Below are positions 48,459 to 57,779 of a stretch of 64,000 nt of DNA, one piece after another. This DNA comes from an uncultured Poribacteria bacterium (GTDB taxonomy: Bacteria; Poribacteria; WGA-4E; WGA-3G). The stretch's first letter is position 1. Each line of letters starts with the position of its first letter. Position numbers and translations under genes: made by a program. The notes under the pieces are model-generated. The model did not search any database. It had not been told where the DNA came from and saw nothing but the letters and a program-made list of their open reading frames with translations. Where the stretch lies: the NCBI GenBank assembly GCA_951813565.1, contig OX638351.1, positions 1,120,001 to 1,184,000 on the forward strand, read 5' to 3'.

Positions 48459-49478
48459 ATGAAAAATGGCAATCCACTGAAAAATATTGAACCCGGAATG
48501 AAAGTTACGGCACAGATGTCCCCTGAACCGAGCGAAGCAGACTTACAGTTCGCAAAACAGATGGATGTGGAGTATGTTGTTCTCTGGACGAACGGTGCAA
48601 ATGCCAATTACGATTACTTCATGAGCCGCCGTGAAATTTTTGAGAATGCGGGCTTAAAGATTTATGGTTTTGGCAATAGCGATGTCCATAATCAGGATGG
48701 GATTGTGCTAAACTTAGAAAATCGTGATGCTAAGATTGAACAGTATAAAAAGTACATCCGTGATTTGGGTAGAGCAGGGATTCCGTATACAACGTATGCT
48801 CACATGGGCAACGGTATCTGGAGTACTGAACGCGAGACAACCCGTGGTGGTGCAAGCGCACGCGCATTCAATCTTAAGACTGCACAGGAAGGACATTGGG
48901 GTGGTCAAAAATTTGGGATGCCGCTTTCGCACGGACGTGAATATAGTGAGGAGGAAATTTGGGATAACTATACCTACTTCATCAAACAGGCTGCGCCGGT
49001 TGCTGAAGAAGCAGGTGTGATGATCGGTATCCATCCTGATGACCCGCCCGCTCTACATCTTGCTGGAATTCCCAGATGCATCTTCAGTAGTTTTGAGGGC
49101 TACAAACGTGCGCTTGAAATTGCTGACAGCCCGAATGTTGGAATGTGTTTCTGTGTAGGATGTTGGCTTGAAGGTGGCGACTTGATGGGTAAAGATGTAC
49201 TTGAATCTATCCGCTACTTTGGGGAACGTAGCAAGATTTTCAAAGTCCATTTCCGAAACGTTGATCAACCGCTACCGCATTTTGTTGAGACATTTGTGGA
49301 TAATGGGTATCAAGATATGTATCACGTGGCAAAAGTGCTCCGCGAGGTTGACTTCAATGGTGTCCTAATTCCAGACCATATTCCGAGCATGGCAGGCGAC
49401 CATCGTGTTGGCACAGCATATACCATTGCATACATGAACGCCCTTGTAAAACGTGCGAATGAAGAAGTTGCGGCATAG
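48459..49478 (+). CDS. uxuA: Mannonate dehydratase family protein
   Basis: HPDDPP, FCVGC, VHFRNV, IPDH. Confidence 0.8.
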   Translation: MKNGNPLKNIEPGMKVTAQMSPEPSEADLQFAKQMDVEYVVLWTNGANANYDYFMSRREIFENAGLKIYGFGNSDVHNQDGIVLNLENRDAKIEQYKKYIRDLGRAGIPYTTYAHMGNGIWSTERETTRGGASARAFNLKTAQEGHWGGQKFGMPLSHGREYSEEEIWDNYTYFIKQAAPVAEEAGVMIGIHPDDPPALHLAGIPRCIFSSFEGYKRALEIADSPNVGMCFCVGCWLEGGDLMGKDVLESIRYFGERSKIFKVHFRNVDQPLPHFVETFVDNGYQDMYHVAKVLREVDFNGVLIPDHIPSMAGDHRVGTAYTIAYMNALVKRANEEVAA

Positions 49479-49537
49479 TAGCATAGTAGCAAAGTTTATT
49501 CATCAAATTCTATTTTTTCAGATAGGGGAGTTTAATT

Positions 49538-50101
49538 GTGAAAAAGAGTTTCGTTGCATTTCGTATGACAACTTGTTTTCTAATTTGTGGTTTAATTGCT
49601 TTGATCGGTTGTGAAAAAGTCCAAAAAACATTAACTACTCCGACTCCATCGAAGCAGGCGATTGCGATAATTAATCCAACAAGTGGAAGTACAGTAACCG
49701 GCATGGCAGTTTTTACCCTGACTGGTACGACAATCATGCTAAGTATTGAGATTAAGAATACACCTCCTGGTGTCCACGCAGTTCATATCCACGAAAACGG
49801 GGATTGCAGTTCTCCAGACGGGAAATCTGCTGGCGGGCATTGGAATCCTACTGAAGTCGCACATGGAAAGTGGGGCGAAGGTGAATTCCACTTGGGGGAC
49901 ATAGGAAATATAACTGTTGGCGATGACGGTACAGGTTCTATTGAATTGTCAACAGAACTTTGGGAAATTGGCATGGGTTCTATTCAAGATGTTGTTGGGA
50001 AAGGCATCATCGTTCATGCAGGTGCTGACGATTTTATGTCTCAACCTTCGGGAAACGCAGGTGCAAGAATTGGGTGCGGCGTGATTGAGTTGGCAGAATA
50101 A
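49538..50101 (+). CDS. sodC: Cu/Zn superoxide dismutase, lipoprotein
   Basis: Lipobox LIGC; HAVHIHE.GDC, AGGHWNP, HLGDIGN, GARIGCG. Confidence 0.92.
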   Translation: MKKSFVAFRMTTCFLICGLIALIGCEKVQKTLTTPTPSKQAIAIINPTSGSTVTGMAVFTLTGTTIMLSIEIKNTPPGVHAVHIHENGDCSSPDGKSAGGHWNPTEVAHGKWGEGEFHLGDIGNITVGDDGTGSIELSTELWEIGMGSIQDVVGKGIIVHAGADDFMSQPSGNAGARIGCGVIELAE

Positions 50102-50136
50102 ACCTGATAATTATTGTATGACAATTTACATTTTTC

Positions 50137-50165
50137 TTGCATTTTGAATTCAAAAATGCTATAAT
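50137..50165 (+). promoter_or_regulatory. sigma70 promoter
   Basis: TTGCAT-17 bp-TATAAT with extended TG. Confidence 0.55.
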
Positions 50166-50362
50166 TTCTGTAATTAGTTAATTGTGTGATTTGCATGTAT
50201 TTTTGCTATCACAATAATAAAGTATAATTTCGGCACAGCTAGCAAGCCGAATTAATAAATAATAGTTTTATTTTTATGTTGCTCAATTTGTGATTTGGGA
50301 AGCGCGCTTCTTACTCGAAAATATTCAAATTTGGGCATACTGAATAAGGAGATTTCATAGCT

Positions 50363-51091
50363 ATGAAAAAAATGACAATTTTTCTTACAATTGCTTTTGC
50401 GTGTATCGTCGTTGTACCAACGGCATTTGCGCAAAACTGGCAACCGGCTGGTGACCAATGGATTGAAAAATGGTGGGCTCTTGATTTAGTGATGAACACC
50501 GGTGGCTTTGGTCCATCTGCTGAGCGCGACTATCTCGCTGATGGGACCAATGGTGACATTACAAATGTGAATGCTTCAACTCGCTACGGTGCTGGACAGA
50601 CTGGCAGACGTGCTGTACACCTGCCCCCTGAGAACGGAGGCGTTCTTGCATGGGGAGTAGTGTCAATTGACATTGAAAGCCAAAACAATATGTCAACGAG
50701 TCGTGGCATTAATGATCTCAATAATATCACTTGGCATGGTATTATCCTCGTCTTGTCTCCGGATGACAGGACAACGACTATGTACCCTGCTCACGATGAT
50801 CATGCGGAAATTTGGCTCAATGGAGAAAAGGTTTATAACAACCCGGACTGGACTGGTGGTGCTCAAGTAGCGTCCCAACCCACAGAAATTGAACTCATTA
50901 AAGGTGAAAACTTCCTGCACTTCAAGTGCGGCGAAGGCGGTGGTGGGGATTACGTCAATCTTCGTTTTGATGAATCCGACGACGATCTTAAGATTGCACC
51001 AACACTGGATGGCCAATTCCTTGATGTTCTGACTCCTGTTGAACCAAGAGGCAAAGTGACAACAACTTGGGCAGATCTCAAGCGAAAATAA
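50363..51091 (+). CDS. Secreted beta-sandwich protein with a VEPxGKxxTTW C-terminal tail
   Basis: Signal peptide ending AFA; HDDHAEIWLNGEKV...LIKGEN; ends PVEPRGKVTTTWADLKRK. Confidence 0.8.
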   Translation: MKKMTIFLTIAFACIVVVPTAFAQNWQPAGDQWIEKWWALDLVMNTGGFGPSAERDYLADGTNGDITNVNASTRYGAGQTGRRAVHLPPENGGVLAWGVVSIDIESQNNMSTSRGINDLNNITWHGIILVLSPDDRTTTMYPAHDDHAEIWLNGEKVYNNPDWTGGAQVASQPTEIELIKGENFLHFKCGEGGGGDYVNLRFDESDDDLKIAPTLDGQFLDVLTPVEPRGKVTTTWADLKRK

Positions 51092-51110
51092 TTGATAATA
51101 TTTTTTGAAT

Positions 51111-51151
51111 AACAAAAAACCCGTATCCGGAGAGGATACGGGTTTTTTGTT
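51111..51151. terminator. Bidirectional intrinsic terminator
   Basis: AACAAAAAACCCGTATCC-ggaga-GGATACGGGTTTTTTGTT. Confidence 0.85.
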
Positions 51152-51364
51152 TAATAATCCAAGTTAATACCTATAAGATTTTAGACACAAAGACGTCATT
51201 TCTAATAGAAAACAGTTCGTTATTGGTGAATATTGTAGCGCAAACTTTCAGTTTGCGTCCTAATACCAATTCTATAAATGAATTTCCCTTTTAAATTAGA
51301 ATATAAGAGGCGCAATAAATTGCGCGACTACGAACCAGCTATTTCTTAAAGGGATGTTATTTTA

Positions 51365-52823
51365 CAATACCTTCGCCAAAAATAATTGAATAAATAGGGC
51401 GTCTGTCCTAAAGTTATAACAGTTAACCATAACTTAGAAAGGACAATCGCCCATGTCAGAAATTATAGCACTGTTTACTGTTCTTAATCCATGTTTATCC
51501 GCAACGATGACGCGGCAGTTATGCCGAGTTGTATTCGCACTACTTGCGATGAGTGGTCGGGTAGCCATGTTAAATATCTCTCGTTGGACAACCCAAGGCG
51601 GTAGCTACCGCACCATACAACGCTTTTTCAACACTGTTATGCCTTGGACGACGATGTGTTGGATGTTTTTTCGCACGCATCTGTTTGATCGTGAAAGTGA
51701 CTACATCCTCACAGGAGACGAAGTGGTTGTGCCAAAAGCAGGAAAATCTACTTATGGTTTATCTCGTTTCTTTTCTTCATTGTATGGCAAAGCGGTCCCC
51801 GGTTTGTCGTTTTTAGCCGTGTCCTTAGTGAGTGTCAACCGAAGGCGTTCATACCCGATGGTTATGGAGCAAATCGTGCGTGGCACCTCATCGTCAAATC
51901 AAGGAGTTTGTGCTTCCGAACATCAGGACAACACCGAGACAGCAACACCAAGACATAAATGCGGGCGTCCAAAGGGAAGCCGAAACCGAAACAAAGACGA
52001 TGTCATGCTCAGCGATGTGTTGAAGCAACTTCAAACGATGGTCAAGGCGTTGCTAAAACTGGTTGGCAACTTGATCCCACTCCGTTATCTTGTGCTTGAT
52101 GGATACTTCGGACATAATAATGCGCTACAAATGACAAAGCAATGTGGACTACATCTCATTTCAAAACTACGCATAGATGCTGCGTTGTATCTGCCACCGA
52201 CGACACCTTACGCCGGACAAGGGCGCCCACGCATCTACGGAGAGCGTTTCACCCCACGACAGATTGACCCTAAGTATTGTGTTTCTGCCGACACACAGGG
52301 AAACCTGAGAACCGAAGTGTATCAAATGAACTTACGCCACAAAAAGTTCACAGACTTCCTAAATGTAGTTTGCGTTCTCAAAACGAACTTGACGACGAAA
52401 CAACAAGCACACGTTTTACTGTTCAGTTCTGATTTAGCGTTAGACGCTGAAAAACTGATTGATTATTATTCCCTCCGTTTTCAAATCGAGTTCAACTTCC
52501 GCGACGCAAAGCAATATTGGGGATTACAAGATTTTATGAATGTCAACAAGATACCAGTAAACAATGCAGCGAACCTCTCAATGTTTATGGTGAATGTGAG
52601 TGCTAAACTCATAGATACGCTCCGTTGTAAAAATACTGCGTCCAGTGTTTTAGACCTAAAAGCACGCTACCGAGGTTTGAAGTATTTACACGAAACATTA
52701 AAAATACTTCCGCAAAAACCTGAACCTATTGTTATTCAACAAATCGCACAACATTTGGGAACAATCGGTGCTATTCATCACACACAACCAAAACTGAACC
52801 CCGGATAATTGGCGAAGGTATTG
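51365..52823 (+). mobile_element. Complete insertion sequence, IS4/IS701-like DDE, 1459 bp
   Basis: Perfect 15-bp TIR CAATACCTTCGCCAA / TTGGCGAAGGTATTG; 6-bp target duplication ATTTTA. Confidence 0.92.
51453..52808 (+). CDS. DDE transposase
   Basis: GDE, LDGYF, YSLRFQIEFNFRDAK (Y-2-R-3-E-6-K motif). Confidence 0.92.
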   Translation: MSEIIALFTVLNPCLSATMTRQLCRVVFALLAMSGRVAMLNISRWTTQGGSYRTIQRFFNTVMPWTTMCWMFFRTHLFDRESDYILTGDEVVVPKAGKSTYGLSRFFSSLYGKAVPGLSFLAVSLVSVNRRRSYPMVMEQIVRGTSSSNQGVCASEHQDNTETATPRHKCGRPKGSRNRNKDDVMLSDVLKQLQTMVKALLKLVGNLIPLRYLVLDGYFGHNNALQMTKQCGLHLISKLRIDAALYLPPTTPYAGQGRPRIYGERFTPRQIDPKYCVSADTQGNLRTEVYQMNLRHKKFTDFLNVVCVLKTNLTTKQQAHVLLFSSDLALDAEKLIDYYSLRFQIEFNFRDAKQYWGLQDFMNVNKIPVNNAANLSMFMVNVSAKLIDTLRCKNTASSVLDLKARYRGLKYLHETLKILPQKPEPIVIQQIAQHLGTIGAIHHTQPKLNPG

Positions 52824-52913
52824 ATTTTATAGAAATGGTATAATATGCACAAACTAAAAGTTTGTGCTACATAGATGACAACTTAGGTTTATAATAGATG
52901 TCAAAATAAACAG

Positions 52914-54575
52914 TTATTCCGATTCTGAAATCGTTATTGTTTGATTGATAGGTATATTCTCTAATTTTTGTACTGTCCCACTTGGCCACTCAATAACAAT
53001 ACTATTTACTTCCTCGGCCATATTCAAACCAAACAGCAACCGCAAATCGCTTCCCGAAGCATAACTTGAACCGCTTTTTACTTCAGATACCTGTGTGATG
53101 TTACCTGATATGAGTTTCACCTTTGCACCAATACCATCACGATTGCTCTGCGTTCCAACAAGTTTAACACCGAGCCAGTTTTTCCGATTTCCGCCTTCGT
53201 TTTTGAGCAGGACAGCACGTTGATTTGAATTCATTACGACTATATCAATGTCACCATCGTTGTCGTAGTCTGCTGAAGCGGCTGCCCTACCGACGAGTTT
53301 CTCTAAAAAATAAGCACCAGAAGTTTGTGATACATCTGTATAGGTGCCGTCACCGTTGTTGTGAAACAGCTGATCGCGTTGTGCGAAAGTTTCATAGTCC
53401 GTTAGTTGTTCAATTACCTCTTGTGGGTGTCCATTTGCACAGAATATATCCAAGTGTCCATCGTTATCGTAATCCAAGAAAAGTGGGCTAAAACCAACAA
53501 ATGGCAAGGTTGGTTTTTGTAATAAACTCTCCACAGTAGCCTCCTCAAAGAAAAAATCACCATCACCAAGATTTTGTAGTTTATAGAGTGTCGCTTTCTC
53601 GGAATTCGCAACGATGATGTCAAACCAACCGTCACGATTATAATCTCCAACGTCTACTCCCATAGAACCTTCTGCAACCCCATTTTCATCATATCCTACG
53701 CCGAGGAATAAGCTTTCATCCGTAAAAGTGCCATCTCTGTTATTATGATATAAGAAATTACGCCCTGTGTCATTCGCAACGTAGATGTCTGGAAACCGAT
53801 CATTGTCGTAATCACAAACAACTGCCGCCATGCCCCGCCCTTCACTCGGATTTACTAAACCGGCTATGTCGGCAACGTTTGTAAAGGTGCCATCACCATT
53901 GTTTCTATAGAGGACATCTGCTGTTCCCTCATAACTTCGCGGGTGTCCATAACCGACTATCCCCTTATAAGTCGTTACGGGCATTGACAATTGATAAATG
54001 AGATAGTTGACAACAAAAATATCCAAATCACCGTCCAAATCATAATCGAGAAAAACCGCTGCAATACCCCAGAGCGAATTATCAATACCTGCTGCCTTTG
54101 TTATATCCGTAAAAGTGCCATCACCATTGTTTTGGTAGAGGGTATCCTGACCAAAGTTACAAACATAGAGATCGAGGTCACCGTCGTTATCAATGTCTCC
54201 TGCGGATGCAGCCATGCCGTAGCCTGTGTCTCCTGTTCCAGAAGGATCGGTAACATCTGTGAAGCGTCCGTTTCCTTCGTTCTGAAAGAGCGCGTTTCTG
54301 GCAGCTTGGAATTCGCTCTTAGGAACGTTTTTCTCTGGGACCGGCCCACTGTTCACGAAATAGAGGTCAGCATCACCGTCCATGTCATAGTCAAAAAAGA
54401 CTGCACCTGAACCCATTGTTTCTATGATGTGCTTATGTTCGGTTTTACCGTTGTTATGTTTGAAATCTATTCCAACTTCTTTGGTAACATCCACGAAGAC
54501 AGGTAGTTGTTCAGCAGAACTGCAAATTACAAATATAATGGGAGCAAACAAGGGGATTAAAATAGATTTTAACAT
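52914..54575 (-). CDS. CRTAC1-family protein (FG-GAP repeats plus ASPIC/UnbV)
   Basis: Start moved to ATG 54575; signal peptide; repeated DYDNDGDxD; SNRDGIGAKV, LLFGL, IEWPSG. Confidence 0.9.
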   Translation of the reverse strand: MLKSILIPLFAPIIFVICSSAEQLPVFVDVTKEVGIDFKHNNGKTEHKHIIETMGSGAVFFDYDMDGDADLYFVNSGPVPEKNVPKSEFQAARNALFQNEGNGRFTDVTDPSGTGDTGYGMAASAGDIDNDGDLDLYVCNFGQDTLYQNNGDGTFTDITKAAGIDNSLWGIAAVFLDYDLDGDLDIFVVNYLIYQLSMPVTTYKGIVGYGHPRSYEGTADVLYRNNGDGTFTNVADIAGLVNPSEGRGMAAVVCDYDNDRFPDIYVANDTGRNFLYHNNRDGTFTDESLFLGVGYDENGVAEGSMGVDVGDYNRDGWFDIIVANSEKATLYKLQNLGDGDFFFEEATVESLLQKPTLPFVGFSPLFLDYDNDGHLDIFCANGHPQEVIEQLTDYETFAQRDQLFHNNGDGTYTDVSQTSGAYFLEKLVGRAAASADYDNDGDIDIVVMNSNQRAVLLKNEGGNRKNWLGVKLVGTQSNRDGIGAKVKLISGNITQVSEVKSGSSYASGSDLRLLFGLNMAEEVNSIVIEWPSGTVQKLENIPINQTITISESE

Positions 54576-54600
54576 TAGGGAACTCGTTGAAGGGAGAGAC

Positions 54601-55437
54601 CTATTTTTGGGTTTTTTCTGCTGTTTTTGCCACCCGAAAACCAACGGAGGATGTTTTCAAGGTAGGGTAGAAATAATATCGAAAGGTTGTACTACATCGT
54701 GGAAGTGAATCAATCCATGAACCGCCTCGAATTACACGCCAACTACCTACAGTTGGTCCTGTAGGATTCTTCTTTGGACTGTGAAAATAGTAGACGTCGC
54801 TGTACCAGTCTGCTGTCCATTCCCACACGTTACCTGCCATATCCATAACGCCATAATAACTCTTTCCCTTTGGAAAACTACCGACCGGCGCGATAAGGTT
54901 TTCATATCCATCATTTTTGTCAGCAGTATTCGCATAAGGTTTTATAGCATTGCCCCAGGGCCAGGTTCTGTCTGTATAACCACGAGCTGCCTTTTCCCAT
55001 TCTGCTTCTGTTGGGAGTCGCATGCCTTTCCATTCAGCGTAAGCCTTTGCATCATCCCACGATACACCAACAACTGGGTGATTAGGTAGTTTTGTAGCGC
55101 GTTCAGGCCAATCGCCAATATGGGGAAGATGGGTGAAATTTTCTGGTGTGTGTTGGGTTGCTTCAGGTGAAGATTCAGGATGATTGTTCTGCAAACTGCG
55201 CCAAAATTCGTAATACTCCGTGTTGGTAACCTCATATTTACTGATATAATAAGCATCAAGATATACCTTATGTACTGGTCTTTCATCTGGGGCGCGTTTG
55301 TCATTTCCCATTGTAAATGTTCCTGCGGGGACCAATATCATCTGATTTTCTTTTTTCTCCGCAGACACGCTTATAGAAAAGACAACATTCAATAGAAGAA
55401 TTAGGGCAGTTGTAGAAAATAACCTAATATTCAACAT
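54601..55437 (-). CDS. Secreted FGE-sulfatase (SUMF1-like) domain protein
   Basis: GTFTMG, RLPTEAEWEKAARG, DMAGNVWEW, RGGSW, GFR. Confidence 0.9.
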   Translation of the reverse strand: MLNIRLFSTTALILLLNVVFSISVSAEKKENQMILVPAGTFTMGNDKRAPDERPVHKVYLDAYYISKYEVTNTEYYEFWRSLQNNHPESSPEATQHTPENFTHLPHIGDWPERATKLPNHPVVGVSWDDAKAYAEWKGMRLPTEAEWEKAARGYTDRTWPWGNAIKPYANTADKNDGYENLIAPVGSFPKGKSYYGVMDMAGNVWEWTADWYSDVYYFHSPKKNPTGPTVGSWRVIRGGSWIDSLPRCSTTFRYYFYPTLKTSSVGFRVAKTAEKTQK

Positions 55438-55464
55438 ATCTGTCCGGTTTTTAGTGTGATACGG

Positions 55465-56670
55465 TTATCGATTTTTCTTCTGTTTTGACAAGAAATATTC
55501 ATACGCTTGATGATGTTCCTTGGCAAGTTGATGATTTCCGATACTTTCATACAGCTTTGAAAGGTTGAGATGATAGTAGGGTTGTTCTCCATCTAATTCA
55601 ATTGCTTTGCGAAATGCTGGGATTGCATTTCGAACATCTCCCAACCTTGCGTAAGTGCTACCAAGCGTATTATACAAAACCGCTATATTAGGGGCTAATT
55701 GAATAGCCTTGCGAACTGATTCTTGGGCATGTTTAGGATAATTTAGGTTGAGAAATGCTTGGCTGAGTCCGTGATAAAAACTTGCAATAACATCTGCAGA
55801 CATTTTTTGTTTGTTGGCAATCTCAATACATTTCTGGAAGACTGGTACCACATCATTATATTTTTTTTGTTGCATTAACACATTTGCCAAACCCCGCCAT
55901 GCTTGAAGGTTATTCGGCTCAGTACGAGTTAGGCGAGTGAAACGTTCGTATTCAGCATATTCTTTTTGTAACTGCTGATATATTTGCATCTCTTTTTTGC
56001 TTTTCTCTCTATCACCCATACGGAGATACGCTGTACCGAGTCCATAATGAGGTTCTGCGTAGCGAGACGGTCCAAACTTTATTGCTTTCGTAAAGTTTTC
56101 TATCGCTTGAGGATAATCCTTCAAACTGAGATAGGCAGTTCCAAGATCATTATAGCTTCCTGCGGCATCGGGTTTTAGCGCAATAGCGCGTGTTAAAACA
56201 TCAACAGCCTCCGAAAATTGACGCTGCTTGAGGTAGACTTTTCCAAGGAGTTCATGCCCGCGTGCATGTTGCGGAGATAGTGTTATCAGTTTTCGTAAAG
56301 GTTCAACTGCATCTGTCCACTGATTGAGTTTAAAATAGACAAGGCTTAACGAATGTAACCCTTCAATATTATCTGGCTTTAGTTCCAAAGAGCGTTGGTA
56401 AACTTCAACTGCTTTGTTCCAAAATTTTTCTTGTGCATACGCTACGCCTAAATAGTGCAGAATTTCATAGTGTTTCGGTTCAGCAGCAAGTGCTGATTCA
56501 AATGCTTCTATTGCTCCTTGATTGTTTCCTTGGAATAGAAAAACAAACCCTTGTTCCACATGCTGCACATATCTGGCATGATCGTCTTTTTCAGCGGTGA
56601 GTGCAGATAGTGGTAAACACAGATAAAGTATGACCAAGATTTTCAACTGATTTCGCATTTGATTACTCAA
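55465..56670 (-). CDS. Secreted tetratricopeptide repeat protein
   Basis: Signal peptide; many LG..Y...A...P TPR units. Confidence 0.9.
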   Translation of the reverse strand: MSNQMRNQLKILVILYLCLPLSALTAEKDDHARYVQHVEQGFVFLFQGNNQGAIEAFESALAAEPKHYEILHYLGVAYAQEKFWNKAVEVYQRSLELKPDNIEGLHSLSLVYFKLNQWTDAVEPLRKLITLSPQHARGHELLGKVYLKQRQFSEAVDVLTRAIALKPDAAGSYNDLGTAYLSLKDYPQAIENFTKAIKFGPSRYAEPHYGLGTAYLRMGDREKSKKEMQIYQQLQKEYAEYERFTRLTRTEPNNLQAWRGLANVLMQQKKYNDVVPVFQKCIEIANKQKMSADVIASFYHGLSQAFLNLNYPKHAQESVRKAIQLAPNIAVLYNTLGSTYARLGDVRNAIPAFRKAIELDGEQPYYHLNLSKLYESIGNHQLAKEHHQAYEYFLSKQKKNR

Positions 56671-57025
56671 TTTTCCTTCAATATTCTTGTTAATAAGAAT
56701 TCAAGAGATAGATATGATGTATACTCTATAAGATATTAACGCTATTCCGAAAAAAAATCAATCTCTTTCTTCATAATCACAAAGTCGTCGATTTTCAAAT
56801 TTGATCTATATTTTAGTGAGAATAGCGACCAGGTGGTATCTCCTACAGTAAGAAGTTTGGGATAAAGATCAAACTTCTGGAGGATTGAACGGTTCTGTGA
56901 TCCACGTAAAAAAACTTGCATAAAATTCCATAATAAGGTATCCTTTTTAAAATTGGTTGTGTCTTGCAACATCCTCTACAAGATAAGAGGATTAATCATA
57001 ACCTTGATAGACTGGAGGAATCTGG

Positions 57026-57724
57026 ATGGCGCATACACTATCCATTGTGATTCCGATTTACAATGAGGCTGAGCATTTAGAGGAAATTTTACGACAAATA
57101 AATGCGGTCGAAATCGGCATGGAAAAAGAACTTATTCTGGTCGATGATTGTTCAACGGACGGGACGCGCAAGATTTTAGAAAAACTCCAAAATTCTGCTA
57201 AAAATTCTGCTAAAATATTTTATCATGAAATAAACCGGGGTAAAGGCGCGACCTTGCGGACCGGTTTTCAACATATTACAGGAGAAATTACCCTTATACA
57301 GGATGCGGATTTAGAATATGATCCACAAGATTACCCGAAATTGCTTGAACCTATTTTGACAAACAAAGCGGATGTTGTGTATGGCTCACGATTTATGGCG
57401 GGACGGCAAGAAGGTTTATTACGGAGTTACCTTGCGAACCGATTTCTTACTTCTCTGTCAAACTTTGTTAATGGCACAAAATTAACAGACATGGAAACCT
57501 GTTATAAGGTCATTAAAACTGATATTTTGAAAGATATATCGTTATGTTCAGACAGATTTGGTTTTGAACCAGAAATTACTGCGAAATTAGCGAAACGCAA
57601 ATGCAAAATTGTTGATGTCCCAATTAGTTATCGCGGTAGAGATTATCATGAAGGAAAAACTGTAAGTTGGAAAGATGGTGTTGCAGCGGTTTTTCACATT
57701 CTAAGGTTCCGTTTTTTTTCTTAA
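57026..57724 (+). CDS. Glycosyltransferase family 2 (DPM-like)
   Basis: SIVIPIYNE, DDCSTDGT, NRGKG, QDADLEY, TDMETCYK. Confidence 0.93.
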   Translation: MAHTLSIVIPIYNEAEHLEEILRQINAVEIGMEKELILVDDCSTDGTRKILEKLQNSAKNSAKIFYHEINRGKGATLRTGFQHITGEITLIQDADLEYDPQDYPKLLEPILTNKADVVYGSRFMAGRQEGLLRSYLANRFLTSLSNFVNGTKLTDMETCYKVIKTDILKDISLCSDRFGFEPEITAKLAKRKCKIVDVPISYRGRDYHEGKTVSWKDGVAAVFHILRFRFFS

Positions 57725-57779
57725 ATCCACCATTTACAAGGAGCATCAATTAACAGACCGTACTAAAGGTTGAGAGTCT

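Larger units (their letters stand above)
51264..52840. mobile_element. Second MITE (TACCAATTCTATAAA ends), split by the IS
   Basis: TAA|TACCAATTCTATAAA...TTTATAGAAATGGTA|TAA; internal GCGCAATAAATTGCGCGACTAC. Confidence 0.65.
51156..52889. mobile_element. AACCYAAGTT-family MITE (outer shell of a nested insertion)
   Basis: 51156-51263 plus 52844-52889 are colinear with the reverse complement of 59586-59737. Confidence 0.7.

Noticed and set aside
54601..55437. Maturation enzyme for the nearby sulfatase
   Set aside because: It lacks the catalytic cysteine pair and is exported, while the sulfatase has no signal peptide.
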